NCBI GenBank assembly: GCA_965204745.1
Contig: OZ242010.1
Coordinates: forward strand, 1,152,001-1,216,000
Reading direction: 5' to 3'
Length of the DNA stretch: 64,000 nucleotides
From: Candidatus Latescibacterota bacterium
GTDB taxonomy: Bacteria; Latescibacterota; UBA2968
The notes under the pieces are model-generated. The model was given only the letters and a program-made list of their open reading frames with translations. It was not told the DNA's origin and ran no database searches. The translations under genes were made by a program, and so were the position numbers. This document shows, piece by piece, positions 50,808 through 60,118 of this stretch. Every line of letters starts with the position of its first letter. Position 1 is the stretch's first letter.

Positions 50808-52096
50808 AATGCCTCGTCGTCGGCAAGGGCGGAAGGGAACACGCCTTTGTTTGGAAACTCGCGCAGAGTAGCAAAATCACCCAGTTATACGCCGCGCCCG
50901 GCAGCCCGGGCATGGCGCGGTATGCCGAATGCGTGGATATTGCGGACAGCGATCTCGAGGGCCTCGCGGACTTTGTGCGCCGAGAGGGCATCGACATCTC
51001 GGTGATCGGCCCTGAAGCCCCGCTTGCAGATGGCATTGTCGATATCTTCACAGCACGCGGGCTTTCGGTCTTTGGCCCCACGCAGGCCGCGGCGCAAATC
51101 GAAGCGGATAAAGACTTCGCCCTCGAACTCATGCACAAATACGACATTCCGACCGGGGCTTACGAAACCTTTGCGGATGCAGAAACCGCTCGACAGTGCC
51201 TCGAGGCGTGGCAACACCCGCTCTATCTCAAAGTCAGCGGCCTCGCGGCGGGCAAGGGCGCGATTTATTGCGAAACCCTGCGCGATTCCCTCAAAACGGT
51301 GGATGAGGTGATGGTGCAACGCGCATTTGGCGATTCGGGCGACAAGCTCATCGCGATGGAATTGCTCGAAGGCGAAGAAGCGTCCATATTTGGCTTTTCC
51401 GATGGGCAGAACATCGTTTGCATCGCGCCCTCGCAAGATCACAAAACCATTGGCGAAGGCGATGTGGGTCTCAACACGGGTGGCGTTGGCGCGTATGCCC
51501 CCGCGCCGGTTATCACGGCCGAACTGTTCGACGAGATCGTGCAACGCATTATGAAACCCACAATACGCGCCCTCGCATCGGAAGGCCGTCCGTACAAAGG
51601 CATTCTCTACGGCGGCATCATCGTCACGTCCGACGGCCCCAAGGTCATCGAGTTCAACTGTCGCATGGGCGATCCCGAAGCGCAGGTGGTGCTCCCCTTG
51701 CTCAAGACCGATCTCGTCGATATTATCTCCGCAGTGTGCGCTGGCTCTGTCGCGGATCTCGCCATTGAACTCGACGACCGTGCGGCGACCTGCGTGGTGA
51801 TGGCATCGGGCGGCTATCCCGAAGCGTACGCAACGGGTTTTCCCATTTCTGGCATTGATCGCGCCGAAGCCCTGGGCGATGTCGTGGTCTTCCACGCGGG
51901 CACGGCGTACCGAGATCGGCAACTCGTCACAAACGGCGGGCGCGTGATCGGCGTTACCGCTATCGGCGATTCCATCCAATCGTCCATTGCCCATGCGTAC
52001 AAAGCCGTGGGCAAAATTGCCTTTGACAACGCGTACTTCCGCCGAGATATTGGACACCGCGCTCTGAACAGAGGCATCGAATATTTCGAGACGTGA
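50804..52096 (+). CDS. purD: Phosphoribosylamine-glycine ligase
   Basis: GGREHA, GPEAPL, GLAAGKG, QDHK, NTGG, EFNCRMGDPE, FHAGT. Confidence 0.97.
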   Translation: MKCLVVGKGGREHAFVWKLAQSSKITQLYAAPGSPGMARYAECVDIADSDLEGLADFVRREGIDISVIGPEAPLADGIVDIFTARGLSVFGPTQAAAQIEADKDFALELMHKYDIPTGAYETFADAETARQCLEAWQHPLYLKVSGLAAGKGAIYCETLRDSLKTVDEVMVQRAFGDSGDKLIAMELLEGEEASIFGFSDGQNIVCIAPSQDHKTIGEGDVGLNTGGVGAYAPAPVITAELFDEIVQRIMKPTIRALASEGRPYKGILYGGIIVTSDGPKVIEFNCRMGDPEAQVVLPLLKTDLVDIISAVCAGSVADLAIELDDRAATCVVMASGGYPEAYATGFPISGIDRAEALGDVVVFHAGTAYRDRQLVTNGGRVIGVTAIGDSIQSSIAHAYKAVGKIAFDNAYFRRDIGHRALNRGIEYFET

Positions 52097-52194
52097 TTCA
52101 GCGCGATTGGGTTTGGCGATTTTTTCGTTTCGGTCAACCCATTCGGCGGTTGGGCGTCATAATTTGAGTCGATAAAAACGAAGGGAGAAACGCT

Positions 52195-53292
52195 ATGGCT
52201 TACAAAGCAGCGGTTATTGGCTTGGGGCGGATGGGCAGTACGTTTGACGATGAGATCACGCAGGGCGGGGCCATTTTCTTGCCCTATTGCCACGGGCCTA
52301 CGTACCATGTCCATCCACAAATTGACCTCATCGCCGGGGCCGATCCCCACGATGAGCAACGCGCCCTGTTTGGGGACAGGTGGGGCGTTGATGCCGACCA
52401 CCTGTACACCCATCACAACGATCTGCTCGAAAACGAAAAACCCGACATCGTCAGCGTGACCACCACAGCGCGTCACCGCCCGCAAATTGTGATTGACGCG
52501 GCCCGAGCCGGGGTCAAAGCGATTTGGGCGGAAAAGCCCATTGCGTTCAGCCTTGCAGAAGCCGATGCCATGGTCGACGCCTGTCGGGCAAATGGCGTTG
52601 CCCTGGCCATCTTTTGCTCGCGCCGCTACAACCCCTATTTCAGTCAAACCCGCCGCAGGATTGAAGCGGGCGATTTGGGCGATGTACTCCAGATCACGGC
52701 GTATGCGACGTGCGGCCTGTCGCACAATGGCAGCCACGCTATCGACACGATCCGCTATCTCGCAGGGGGCAATGTCGCGTGGGTCTTTGGCGAAATGGCG
52801 TCGGACAAAGACGCCGCTGCGGACGACGATTTGATGGGCAATGGGTATCTCGCCTTTGACAATGGCGTGCGGGCCTATCTCCGCAGCACATCGACCGGGG
52901 TCGCCTCGTGGGAATTTGACGTCATCGGCACAAAGGGCCGCGTACGCACCTTGTCAGACGCGCTTGAGTTTGAGTTTTTTCAACGGGTTTCAGGCGGCCT
53001 CCGAGACCGGGGCATCCCCGCACGGTCGCCCTTTCCGCACCCTGCACGGCCCGAAGGCCAAGGCATCACCGTTGTCAATGACCTCATCGACGCGATAGAG
53101 AACAACCGGCCCCCGCGCTGTTCTGGGGCAGACGGACGCGCCGCGCTCGAGGTCGCCATTGCCCTGCGGGAATCCCACCGCCAAGGCGGAGTTCGCATCG
53201 ACCTGCCCATTTCAGATCGGTCGCTCAAAATTTTCTCCAATGAAACCCACGCGGACCACACGCCCGCACGGATTCGCAGGTTGAGGCAGTGA
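52195..53292 (+). CDS. Gfo/Idh/MocA family oxidoreductase
   Basis: IGLGRMG Rossmann motif, EKP, HNGSHAID. Confidence 0.92.
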   Translation: MAYKAAVIGLGRMGSTFDDEITQGGAIFLPYCHGPTYHVHPQIDLIAGADPHDEQRALFGDRWGVDADHLYTHHNDLLENEKPDIVSVTTTARHRPQIVIDAARAGVKAIWAEKPIAFSLAEADAMVDACRANGVALAIFCSRRYNPYFSQTRRRIEAGDLGDVLQITAYATCGLSHNGSHAIDTIRYLAGGNVAWVFGEMASDKDAAADDDLMGNGYLAFDNGVRAYLRSTSTGVASWEFDVIGTKGRVRTLSDALEFEFFQRVSGGLRDRGIPARSPFPHPARPEGQGITVVNDLIDAIENNRPPRCSGADGRAALEVAIALRESHRQGGVRIDLPISDRSLKIFSNETHADHTPARIRRLRQ

Positions 53293-53296
53293 GATG

Positions 53297-53328
53297 CAGT
53301 TGTCAGTGGTCAGTGGTCAGTGGTCAGT
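53297..53328 (+). repeat. Heptamer tandem repeat (CAGTGGT)n
   Basis: CAGTTGT CAGTGGT CAGTGGT CAGTGGT CAGT; partial complementary copies at 53360-53384. Confidence 0.85.
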
Positions 53329-53409
53329 CCCCACCCTTTCAGCCCAAGGCAAGGTATGTGCTGACCGCTTGGTTTGCTGACTGCCGAAACACAACCACAG
53401 GAGGTTTTT

Positions 53410-53865
53410 ATGGCAGAACCCGTTGTCGGTATTATTATGGGCAGTTCATCGGATGAACCCACGATGCAAAAGGGCTGCGCCATTCTCGACGAGCTTCGGA
53501 TTCCCCACGATATCACTGTTTGCTCTGCCCATCGCAATCCCGACCGCACTGCGGAATACGGCCGCACCGCCAAAGCGCGTGGGCTCAAAGTGATCATCGC
53601 GGGCGCGGGATTGGCCGCCGCACTTCCCGGCGTGATCGCCGCGCATACGACTTTGCCCGTGATCGGCGTGCCGTGTGCTTCGGGCGCGCTCAACGGTATG
53701 GATGCCCTCTACGCCATCGTCCAGATGCCGCCTGGGGTGCCCGTTGCAACCGTGGGCATTGACAACGCGCGCAATGCCGCTGTGCTGGCCGCACAAATCC
53801 TCGCGCTTTCAGACGCGGGCATCCATGAGCGCCTGCAAGCGTACAAAGACGCGCAGGGGCGATAA
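53410..53865 (+). CDS. purE: N5-CAIR mutase
   Basis: IIMGSSSD, SAHRNP, AGAGLAAALPG, PVIGVP, QMPPGVPVATV. Confidence 0.97.
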   Translation: MAEPVVGIIMGSSSDEPTMQKGCAILDELRIPHDITVCSAHRNPDRTAEYGRTAKARGLKVIIAGAGLAAALPGVIAAHTTLPVIGVPCASGALNGMDALYAIVQMPPGVPVATVGIDNARNAAVLAAQILALSDAGIHERLQAYKDAQGR

Positions 53866-53878
53866 TGCGGAGGTCTTT

Positions 53879-54364
53879 GTGAACCGGAAATCCCTTGTCT
53901 TGATCGCGCTTCTCTGTTTTGGTTGTGGCGCGTCGGAAACCGAGGTCCTCATCCCTGCGACTGCGGCAGAGGTTATGGAGGCGGTCAAAAATGCCGACGC
54001 CAATGCCGTGCTCGTCAATGTCTGGGCGACTTGGTGCGCGCCATGTGTGGAAGAATTTCCCGATATTATGGCGGTTTATCAGCAGTACAAAAGTCAGGGG
54101 TTGAAGGTCATTTTTGTCTCTGCTGATTTTGAAGACCAAGCCGATGAGGCGCGTGCTTTTCTCAAAAGCCAAGGCGTGGATTTTCCGACCTATCTCAAAT
54201 TGAGTGACGATAGGGCGTTTATCAATACCTTAGACCCCTACTGGTCGGGCGCAATGCCCGCCACTTGGATATACGATAGCGAGGTCGAGAAACGCCATTT
54301 TTGGATTGGAAAAGCCTCGCGCGATTTTTTGCAAAAGAAAGTCCGCGATGTGTTGTCCCAATGA
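53879..54364 (+). CDS. TlpA-like thiol-disulfide oxidoreductase lipoprotein
   Basis: GTG start with GGAGG RBS, lipobox CFGC, NVWATWCAPC. Confidence 0.88.
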   Translation: MNRKSLVLIALLCFGCGASETEVLIPATAAEVMEAVKNADANAVLVNVWATWCAPCVEEFPDIMAVYQQYKSQGLKVIFVSADFEDQADEARAFLKSQGVDFPTYLKLSDDRAFINTLDPYWSGAMPATWIYDSEVEKRHFWIGKASRDFLQKKVRDVLSQ

Positions 54365-54388
54365 TTTACCCGACCAAAGGAGGATTCC

Positions 54389-55009
54389 ATGCGTAAATTG
54401 TACAGCACTTTAGCCGTTGCACTCGCTTTGGCGATGGGTTTCAAGGCCGAAGCGGACAAAGGCGAACCCCTCGCATTGGGCGCGGAAGCACCCGTAACCG
54501 ATTTGCAGATGAAAGGCACGGATGGCGAGATGTACACCTTGGCCGACGTGCGGGGCGAGAAAGGCACGCTGGTCATTTTTTCGTGCAACTCCTGCCCGTG
54601 GGCGGTCAAGTGGGAACGCCGCGTCGCCGGTATTGGCAATGCGTATCGCAACAAGGGCTTTGGCGTCATCGTGATCAATTCCAACGATCCGGCCCGCGTC
54701 TCGGAAGATGGCTTTGACGAAATGGTCGCCCGCGCCGAGAGTCTGGCCTACGAATTTCCATACGTGGCCGATCCCACATCCCGCGTGGCACGCGCTTTTG
54801 GCGCGCGACGCACGCCCGAAGTGTTCCTCTTCAATGCAGATGGCAGACTCGTTTACCACGGTGCCATAGATGACAATGCCTCGGATGCCAACGCTGTGGA
54901 AGCGGCCTATCTCAAAGACGCACTCGACGCATTATTGGCGGGAAAAGCCATTTCGATCCCCGAGACCAAAGCCCTGGGTTGTAGCATCAAATTCAACAGA
55001 GACGCTTGA
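54389..55009 (+). CDS. Secreted thioredoxin/AhpC-TSA family protein
   Basis: Signal peptide, FSCNSCPW, INSND, FGARRTPE, YHGAIDD, GCSIK. Confidence 0.9.
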   Translation: MRKLYSTLAVALALAMGFKAEADKGEPLALGAEAPVTDLQMKGTDGEMYTLADVRGEKGTLVIFSCNSCPWAVKWERRVAGIGNAYRNKGFGVIVINSNDPARVSEDGFDEMVARAESLAYEFPYVADPTSRVARAFGARRTPEVFLFNADGRLVYHGAIDDNASDANAVEAAYLKDALDALLAGKAISIPETKALGCSIKFNRDA

Positions 55010-55019
55010 TCTTGCCATT

Positions 55020-55490
55020 TGTCTGAATCGCGGATTAAACGGATTACGCAGATTACGCGGATTACCCCACACCGCCCTACCGTCCCCACCGCGTTCCCCA
55101 ACCGCCCGGGCGTGCCTCACTGCGCCCCCTACCCACCCGTGCGTTCCCGTCCTCGCCGCCGTGTCTGAATCGCGGATTTTCTCGGATTAGGGGGTTGCGC
55201 GGATTACCCCAACCGCCCAACCCCCTTCGGTAAGAGGGGAGAGGCGAGAGGCAAGAGGGGTGGCCTTCTCACGTCTTACCTCTACCTTCTCACCTTTTTG
55301 GGCGATGCCCCCATGCTCGCCCAAAGATATAAGAGACAAATCGCATGCCCGGGAATGTGAAACGCACACGGCGGGCCGGAGTAGCGGATGGGATCGCACT
55401 TGGGCGGATGAGGGGATGGGACGGGCACGCACGGCAGGGCGGGGACGAGGCGGGGAAACGCACACGGCAGGGTTAGGGGATAGGTCCCAC
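55020..55490. repeat. Mosaic of REP-like repeats
   Basis: GTCTGAATCGCGGATT twice, with GGATTACGCAGATTACGCGGATT periodicity; GGGCG...GCGCCCCTAC (GTAG type); GAGAGGCGAGAGGCAAGAG; GAAACGCACACGGC twice. Confidence 0.75.
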
Positions 55491-55517
55491 TTTAACATTT
55501 TTATTTTTGGAGGAACC

Positions 55518-57350
55518 ATGAAATCCATTGTGTTCGCGGTTGTGTTGGGTTTGTCGGTTGTTGCGGGGCCGTTGGCGGATCAGCCATATCACAAGGGCCA
55601 CGCGATCTCGATGTATGGCGATTTGAAATACGGGCCTGAGTTCGCGCATTTCGATTACGTCAATCCGGCCGCGCCCAAGGGCGGTCGCGTGAAGATGAGT
55701 GCCAATGGCACGTACGACACCCTCAATCAATTCACCCTCAAGGGCGTGTCCGCGTATGGCTTGGGGTTGATCTACGATTCCCTGACGACCCGCGCATTGG
55801 ACGAGCCGTTCTCCGAATACGGTTTGCTCGCGGAATCCATCGAAGTCCCGCCGGATCGCTCATGGGCGATCTTCACCCTGCGCTCGGGCGCACGCTGGCA
55901 CGACGGCAACCCCATTGTGCCGGAAGACGTGGTCTTCACCTTTGAAACCATCAAAACCCAAGGCAGCCCGATCTATCGCAATTACTACGCGGACGTCAAA
56001 CAAGTGGAAAAAATCAACGCGCAACAAGTGAAGTTCACCTTCGGCGGCGCGGACAACCGCGAATTGCCCCTCATCGTCGGGCAGATGTCCATTTTGCCCA
56101 AACACGATTGGGAGGGCAAAAACTTTGAAGAAACCACACTGGACCCGCCACTGGGCAGCGGGCCGTATCGCATTGAAGCCATCGACGCCGGCCGCTCAAT
56201 CACGTATCGCCGCGTGGAAAATTACTGGGGCGCGGACCTGCCCGTGAACAAGGGGCGTCACAACCCGGACGTAATCCACTACGATTATTACAAAGACAGC
56301 ACAGTGGCAACCGAAGCGCAAAAGGGCGGCGAATTTGATTTTCGGCTGCAAAACACTTCCAAGGCCTGGGCGACGGCATACGACATCCCCGCCGTGGCCG
56401 AGGGCAAATTGATCAAAGAACTCATCCCGCACGAGAACGGCACCGGGATGCAGGGGTTCTGGTTCAACACGCGGCGCAGCAAATTCGCGGACCCCAAAGT
56501 GCGCTACGCCTTGGCCTATGCGTTCGATTTTGAATGGACGAATGCCAATTTGTTCTACGGGCAATACACGCGCTCCACGAGTTATTTCTCCAACACCGAA
56601 CTGGCCTCGTCCGGCTTGCCCCAAGGCCGGGAACGCGAGATATTGGAAGCCTTCCGCGGGCAAATCCCCGAAGAAGTATTCGCCGCGGAATACGCGCCGC
56701 CCGGCACAGATGGGTCGGGCAACATCCGCCAAAACTTGCGCGTGGCCGCCCGCATGCTCAAAGACGCTGGGTGGGCCGTGACGGATGGAAAACTCACCCA
56801 CGCCGCGTCTGGCGAAACCATGTCAATCGCGTTCTTGATCAACAATTCGCCTTCCTGGGAGCGCATCATCGGCCCGTACATCCAAAACTTGGAACGCTTG
56901 GGCGTCGCGGGCGCGATTCAAATCGTCGATACCTCGCAGTACCAAAACCGCGTTCGGGAATACGATTTTGACGTCATCGTCATCCTCCGCGGGCAATCCC
57001 TCAGCCCCGGCAATGAACAGCGCAACTACTGGACATCCGCCGCCGCCGATGAACCCGGCGCGCGCAACTACGCGGGCATCAAAAACCCGGCCATAGACGC
57101 GCTGGTGGATCAACTCATCAATGCCCCGGACAGACAAACCCTCGTGGCGACCACCCGCGCACTGGATCGCGTCCTCCTCTGGGGGCACTACGTCGTCCCG
57201 CACTGGCACATCCGCGCGTACCGCGTGGTGTATTGGAACAAATTTGGCAAACCCGCCATGTCCCCCAAGTACATGCCGCAGCCGTGGCAGTATTTTCCGG
57301 ATACGTGGTGGGTTGATGCGAAAAAAGAAGCGGCGTTGAAGGAGCAATGA
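55518..57350 (+). CDS. YejA-like peptide ABC substrate-binding protein
   Basis: HAISMYGDLKY, FDYVNPAAPKGG, YGLLAE, PLGSGPY, SPGNEQRNYW, LDRVLLWGHY; start MKSIV with GGAGG RBS. Confidence 0.93.
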   Translation: MKSIVFAVVLGLSVVAGPLADQPYHKGHAISMYGDLKYGPEFAHFDYVNPAAPKGGRVKMSANGTYDTLNQFTLKGVSAYGLGLIYDSLTTRALDEPFSEYGLLAESIEVPPDRSWAIFTLRSGARWHDGNPIVPEDVVFTFETIKTQGSPIYRNYYADVKQVEKINAQQVKFTFGGADNRELPLIVGQMSILPKHDWEGKNFEETTLDPPLGSGPYRIEAIDAGRSITYRRVENYWGADLPVNKGRHNPDVIHYDYYKDSTVATEAQKGGEFDFRLQNTSKAWATAYDIPAVAEGKLIKELIPHENGTGMQGFWFNTRRSKFADPKVRYALAYAFDFEWTNANLFYGQYTRSTSYFSNTELASSGLPQGREREILEAFRGQIPEEVFAAEYAPPGTDGSGNIRQNLRVAARMLKDAGWAVTDGKLTHAASGETMSIAFLINNSPSWERIIGPYIQNLERLGVAGAIQIVDTSQYQNRVREYDFDVIVILRGQSLSPGNEQRNYWTSAAADEPGARNYAGIKNPAIDALVDQLINAPDRQTLVATTRALDRVLLWGHYVVPHWHIRAYRVVYWNKFGKPAMSPKYMPQPWQYFPDTWWVDAKKEAALKEQ

Positions 57351-57475
57351 GTGGTCAATGCGAATGAAGCGTTGAATCCATCGCGTACTTGTCTTTTGTT
57401 TGAGGGCTCACCCATTCCCACCCTCAAAGGAAGGAGCGAGCACGCGATGGATTGGCAAGATAAACGCATTCACTT
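57349..57475 (+). ncRNA. Candidate structured RNA (rod-like hairpin with central bubble)
   Basis: Nested pairings AATGCG/CGCATT, AATCCATCGCGT/ACGCGATGGATT, TTTGAGGG/CCCTCAAA, with G-U pairs on the + strand. Confidence 0.4.
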
Positions 57476-57526
57476 GTCTGTCTCTATCTGTCAGCAGGAT
57501 CACCAAAAGCATCTGGTGATGGTAGG

Positions 57527-57653
57527 CAGTGGTCAGTCCCCACCCGACCCTACCGCCCAAGTAGTCAGTGGTCAGTCCCCGCCCAACCCCCACCGCTATA
57601 TTCGTTAGAATTAGTCAACTGATAACTGACAACTGACAACTGACAACTGACTG
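57527..57653. repeat. Heptamer repeats in opposing orientation
   Basis: CAGTGGTCAGT twice, facing AACTGAT(AACTGAC)4 at 57617-57651. Confidence 0.85.
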
Positions 57654-57681
57654 TCTCACTTCACAACCCACAACAAAGGAG

Positions 57682-58341
57682 ATGAACATGAGCAAAAGAG
57701 CCTTGATGGTCTGGGGCGGCTGGCCCGGGCACGAGCCAAAGCAGTGCGTGGATATTTTCGCGCCGCTGCTGGAAGAAGATGGCTTCGAGGTGGAGGTGCG
57801 CGATTCAATGGACGTGTACGCGGATGCGGATTACATGGCGACCCTGAGCGTGGTGGTGCCGTGTTGGACCATGGGCGACATCGAGAGAGCGCAGGATCAA
57901 GGGTTGCAAGCCGCGGTGAAAAGCGGCGTTGGCTTGGCCGGGTGGCACGGCGGGATGTGCGATGCGTTTCGCAACAGCACGAGCTATCAGTGGATGACGG
58001 GCGGACAATTTGTCGCGCATCCGGGCGGGGTGAAAAATTACGAAGTCCACATTGTGCCTGAGAAAGCCGCCGACCCCATCGTGGCCGGGCTGGACGATTT
58101 CAAGATGCACTCCGAGCAGTATTACATGCACACGGACCCGAGCAATGAAGTGCTGGCAACGACGACATTCGAGACCGACGTGGCGCCGTGGGTCAATGGC
58201 TGCATCATGCCAGTGGTGTGGAAACGCATGTGGGGCGCCGGGCGCGTGTTCTACTCGTCACTGGGTCACAAAGCCGTGGATTTTGACATACCCGAGGCAA
58301 CGGAAATCCAGCGGCGCGGGATAAACTGGGCCGCGCGTTAA
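57682..58341 (+). CDS. ThuA (trehalose utilization-like) domain protein
   Basis: [37 protein letters not shown]. Confidence 0.92.
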   Translation: MNMSKRALMVWGGWPGHEPKQCVDIFAPLLEEDGFEVEVRDSMDVYADADYMATLSVVVPCWTMGDIERAQDQGLQAAVKSGVGLAGWHGGMCDAFRNSTSYQWMTGGQFVAHPGGVKNYEVHIVPEKAADPIVAGLDDFKMHSEQYYMHTDPSNEVLATTTFETDVAPWVNGCIMPVVWKRMWGAGRVFYSSLGHKAVDFDIPEATEIQRRGINWAAR

Positions 58342-58356
58342 AAGCATATCCCCCCC

Positions 58357-58385
58357 TTGACATTCGGCGCAAAGTTCAGTATCTT
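58357..58385 (+). promoter_or_regulatory. Promoter of tRNA-Cys
   Basis: TTGACA-17 nt-TATCTT. Confidence 0.75.
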
Positions 58386-58405
58386 AACGGCACACACGCA
58401 TGCAC

Positions 58406-58480
58406 GGCGCCGTAGCCAAGTGGTAAGGCAGAGGCCTGCAAAGCCTTTACTCGGCGGTTCGAATCCGCCCGGCGCCTCCA
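58406..58480 (+). tRNA. tRNA-Cys(GCA)
   Basis: GGCGCCG/CGGCGCC acceptor stem, AGCCAAGTGGTAAGGC D arm, CTGCAAA anticodon loop, GGTTCGAATCC T arm, encoded CCA. Confidence 0.97.
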
Positions 58481-58535
58481 AAAACCAACCGGTCAGTCTC
58501 CGCAGAGATTGACCGGTTACTCGTATGGAAACGAG

Positions 58536-59960
58536 ATGCTCACCAAAGAACGAATCAGCCACCTCAAAAAACGCGACAATGGGGCATTGGAAGATCTGGT
58601 CGAGAACCACTCGGACAGCAAAAGCCTGTTGTTCATCATGCAGAACCTCGGCTACTTGCCCAAAAACTTTGACGACCAATGGGTCGCGTCCCTCATCTCA
58701 AACCGCAATCGAAAAGTGCGGCTCTGGTCTGTCAAAACCCTGGGAAAGACCAAGCGAGAGAAAAACATCTCCCTCCTCAAGCGCGTTGCCCAATGCGATG
58801 AAGCGACAGAGGTGCGGCGCGAAGCCGTGTCTTCTATCGGCAGAATGCGATCCCCGGCCATCGTTTCGGTCTTGGTTGAATTTTTGCAGGACGATGATCC
58901 CAAAATTGTTTTGCAAGCGATCCGGGGGCTTCTCACCTTTAAGCACGACGCGCATGTGAGCGCGCAACTCAAATCGTTTCGCAACCACCCAAATGAAATG
59001 ATCCAAAAGGTCATCGAGAAGGAATATTTCCCCGCCGAGCGCGACGCGCTTCCCGCACGAGCGCATCGAGAGACTTATGATTTTTTGAAAAATGTCATTG
59101 TGTTGGGCGATGTGCGAGCGGCGTTAAATGCCGTGCCGGATGAGAGTTTTCACCTCACATTCACGTCTCCGCCCTATTACAATGCGCGGGACTATTCCAT
59201 TTACAAAAGCTATCGGGCGTATTTGGATTTTCTACAAGAGGTTTTTCATCTCGCGCACCAAAAGACAAAGGAAGGGCGGTTTCTGGTCGTGAATACGTCG
59301 CCCATTATCATTCCGAGAGTGAGCCGGCAACACGCGAGCAAGCGATACCCCATCCCCTTTGACATTCACAATTTTCTGGTCGAGATGGGATGGGAATTTA
59401 TCGACGATATCGTGTGGAAAAAGCCGGAAACGAGCGTCAAGAATAGGAACGCGGGGTTTATGCAGCACCGCAAGCCGCTGGCGTACAAGCCCAATGTCGT
59501 CACGGAATACGTGATGGTTTATCGCAAGGAGACTGACAAGTTGATCGATTGGAATATCCGGCAATACGACCCTAAGACCGTATTTGAGAGCAAAGTCGAA
59601 GATGGGTATGAGACCTCAAATGTTTGGGAAATCGCCCCCAAGCACGACAAGGTGCATTCCGCGGTGTTCCCGGTTGATCTGTGCAGGCGCGTGATCAAAT
59701 ACTATTCTTTTCGGGGAGATCTGGTTTTTGACCCGTTCGCAGGCAGTGGCACGTTTGGTCGGGTGGCGAAAAGCCTGAACCGATTTTTCTTTTTGACGGA
59801 ACGAGAACCCAAATACTTCGAGTATATGAAAACCTTCCTCGTCCAGAGCAATATGTTCGACGAAGAAACGGACAGGAACGAATTTTTAACACTGGACGAG
59901 TTTAGAGATTTGAGAAACTTGGATTTGGAGATTGAACGGATATTCGATGAGATTTTTTGA
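58536..59960 (+). CDS. Beta-class amino DNA methyltransferase (probably N4-C) with N-terminal HEAT repeats
   Basis: HEAT-like KVRLWSVKTLG, EVRREAVSSIG and KIVLQAIRGL; TSPPYY catalytic motif precedes DPFAGSGT. Confidence 0.9.
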   Translation: MLTKERISHLKKRDNGALEDLVENHSDSKSLLFIMQNLGYLPKNFDDQWVASLISNRNRKVRLWSVKTLGKTKREKNISLLKRVAQCDEATEVRREAVSSIGRMRSPAIVSVLVEFLQDDDPKIVLQAIRGLLTFKHDAHVSAQLKSFRNHPNEMIQKVIEKEYFPAERDALPARAHRETYDFLKNVIVLGDVRAALNAVPDESFHLTFTSPPYYNARDYSIYKSYRAYLDFLQEVFHLAHQKTKEGRFLVVNTSPIIIPRVSRQHASKRYPIPFDIHNFLVEMGWEFIDDIVWKKPETSVKNRNAGFMQHRKPLAYKPNVVTEYVMVYRKETDKLIDWNIRQYDPKTVFESKVEDGYETSNVWEIAPKHDKVHSAVFPVDLCRRVIKYYSFRGDLVFDPFAGSGTFGRVAKSLNRFFFLTEREPKYFEYMKTFLVQSNMFDEETDRNEFLTLDEFRDLRNLDLEIERIFDEIF

Positions 59961-59982
59961 CCCAGGCCTGAAGAATGCGCGT

Positions 59983-60011
59983 TTGACAAGTCTGGGAACT
60001 TTGCCTATTTT
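59983..60011 (+). promoter_or_regulatory. Promoter of tRNA-Leu
   Basis: TTGACA-17 nt-TATTTT. Confidence 0.65.
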
Positions 60012-60022
60012 TTGCCTGCAAT

Positions 60023-60107
60023 GCCGAGGTGGTGGAACTGGTAGACACGAGGGACTTAAAATCCCTTGGGCGATTCGCCCGTACGGGTTCGAGTCCCGTC
60101 CTCGGCA
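60023..60107 (+). tRNA. tRNA-Leu(TAA)
   Basis: GCCGAGG/CCTCGGC acceptor stem, CTTAAAA anticodon loop, long variable arm GGGCGATTCGCCC, GGTTCGAGTCC; CCA not encoded. Confidence 0.97.
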
Positions 60108-60118
60108 CTTTGCAATCT

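Noticed and set aside
55260-55517. 86-aa N-terminal extension of the YejA-like protein
   Set aside because: It reads through the repeat mosaic; the RBS and signal peptide are at 55518.
57349-57475. SRP RNA or integron attC site
   Set aside because: It lacks the SRP domain IV stem-loop consensus and the RYYYAAC/GTTRRRY core sites.
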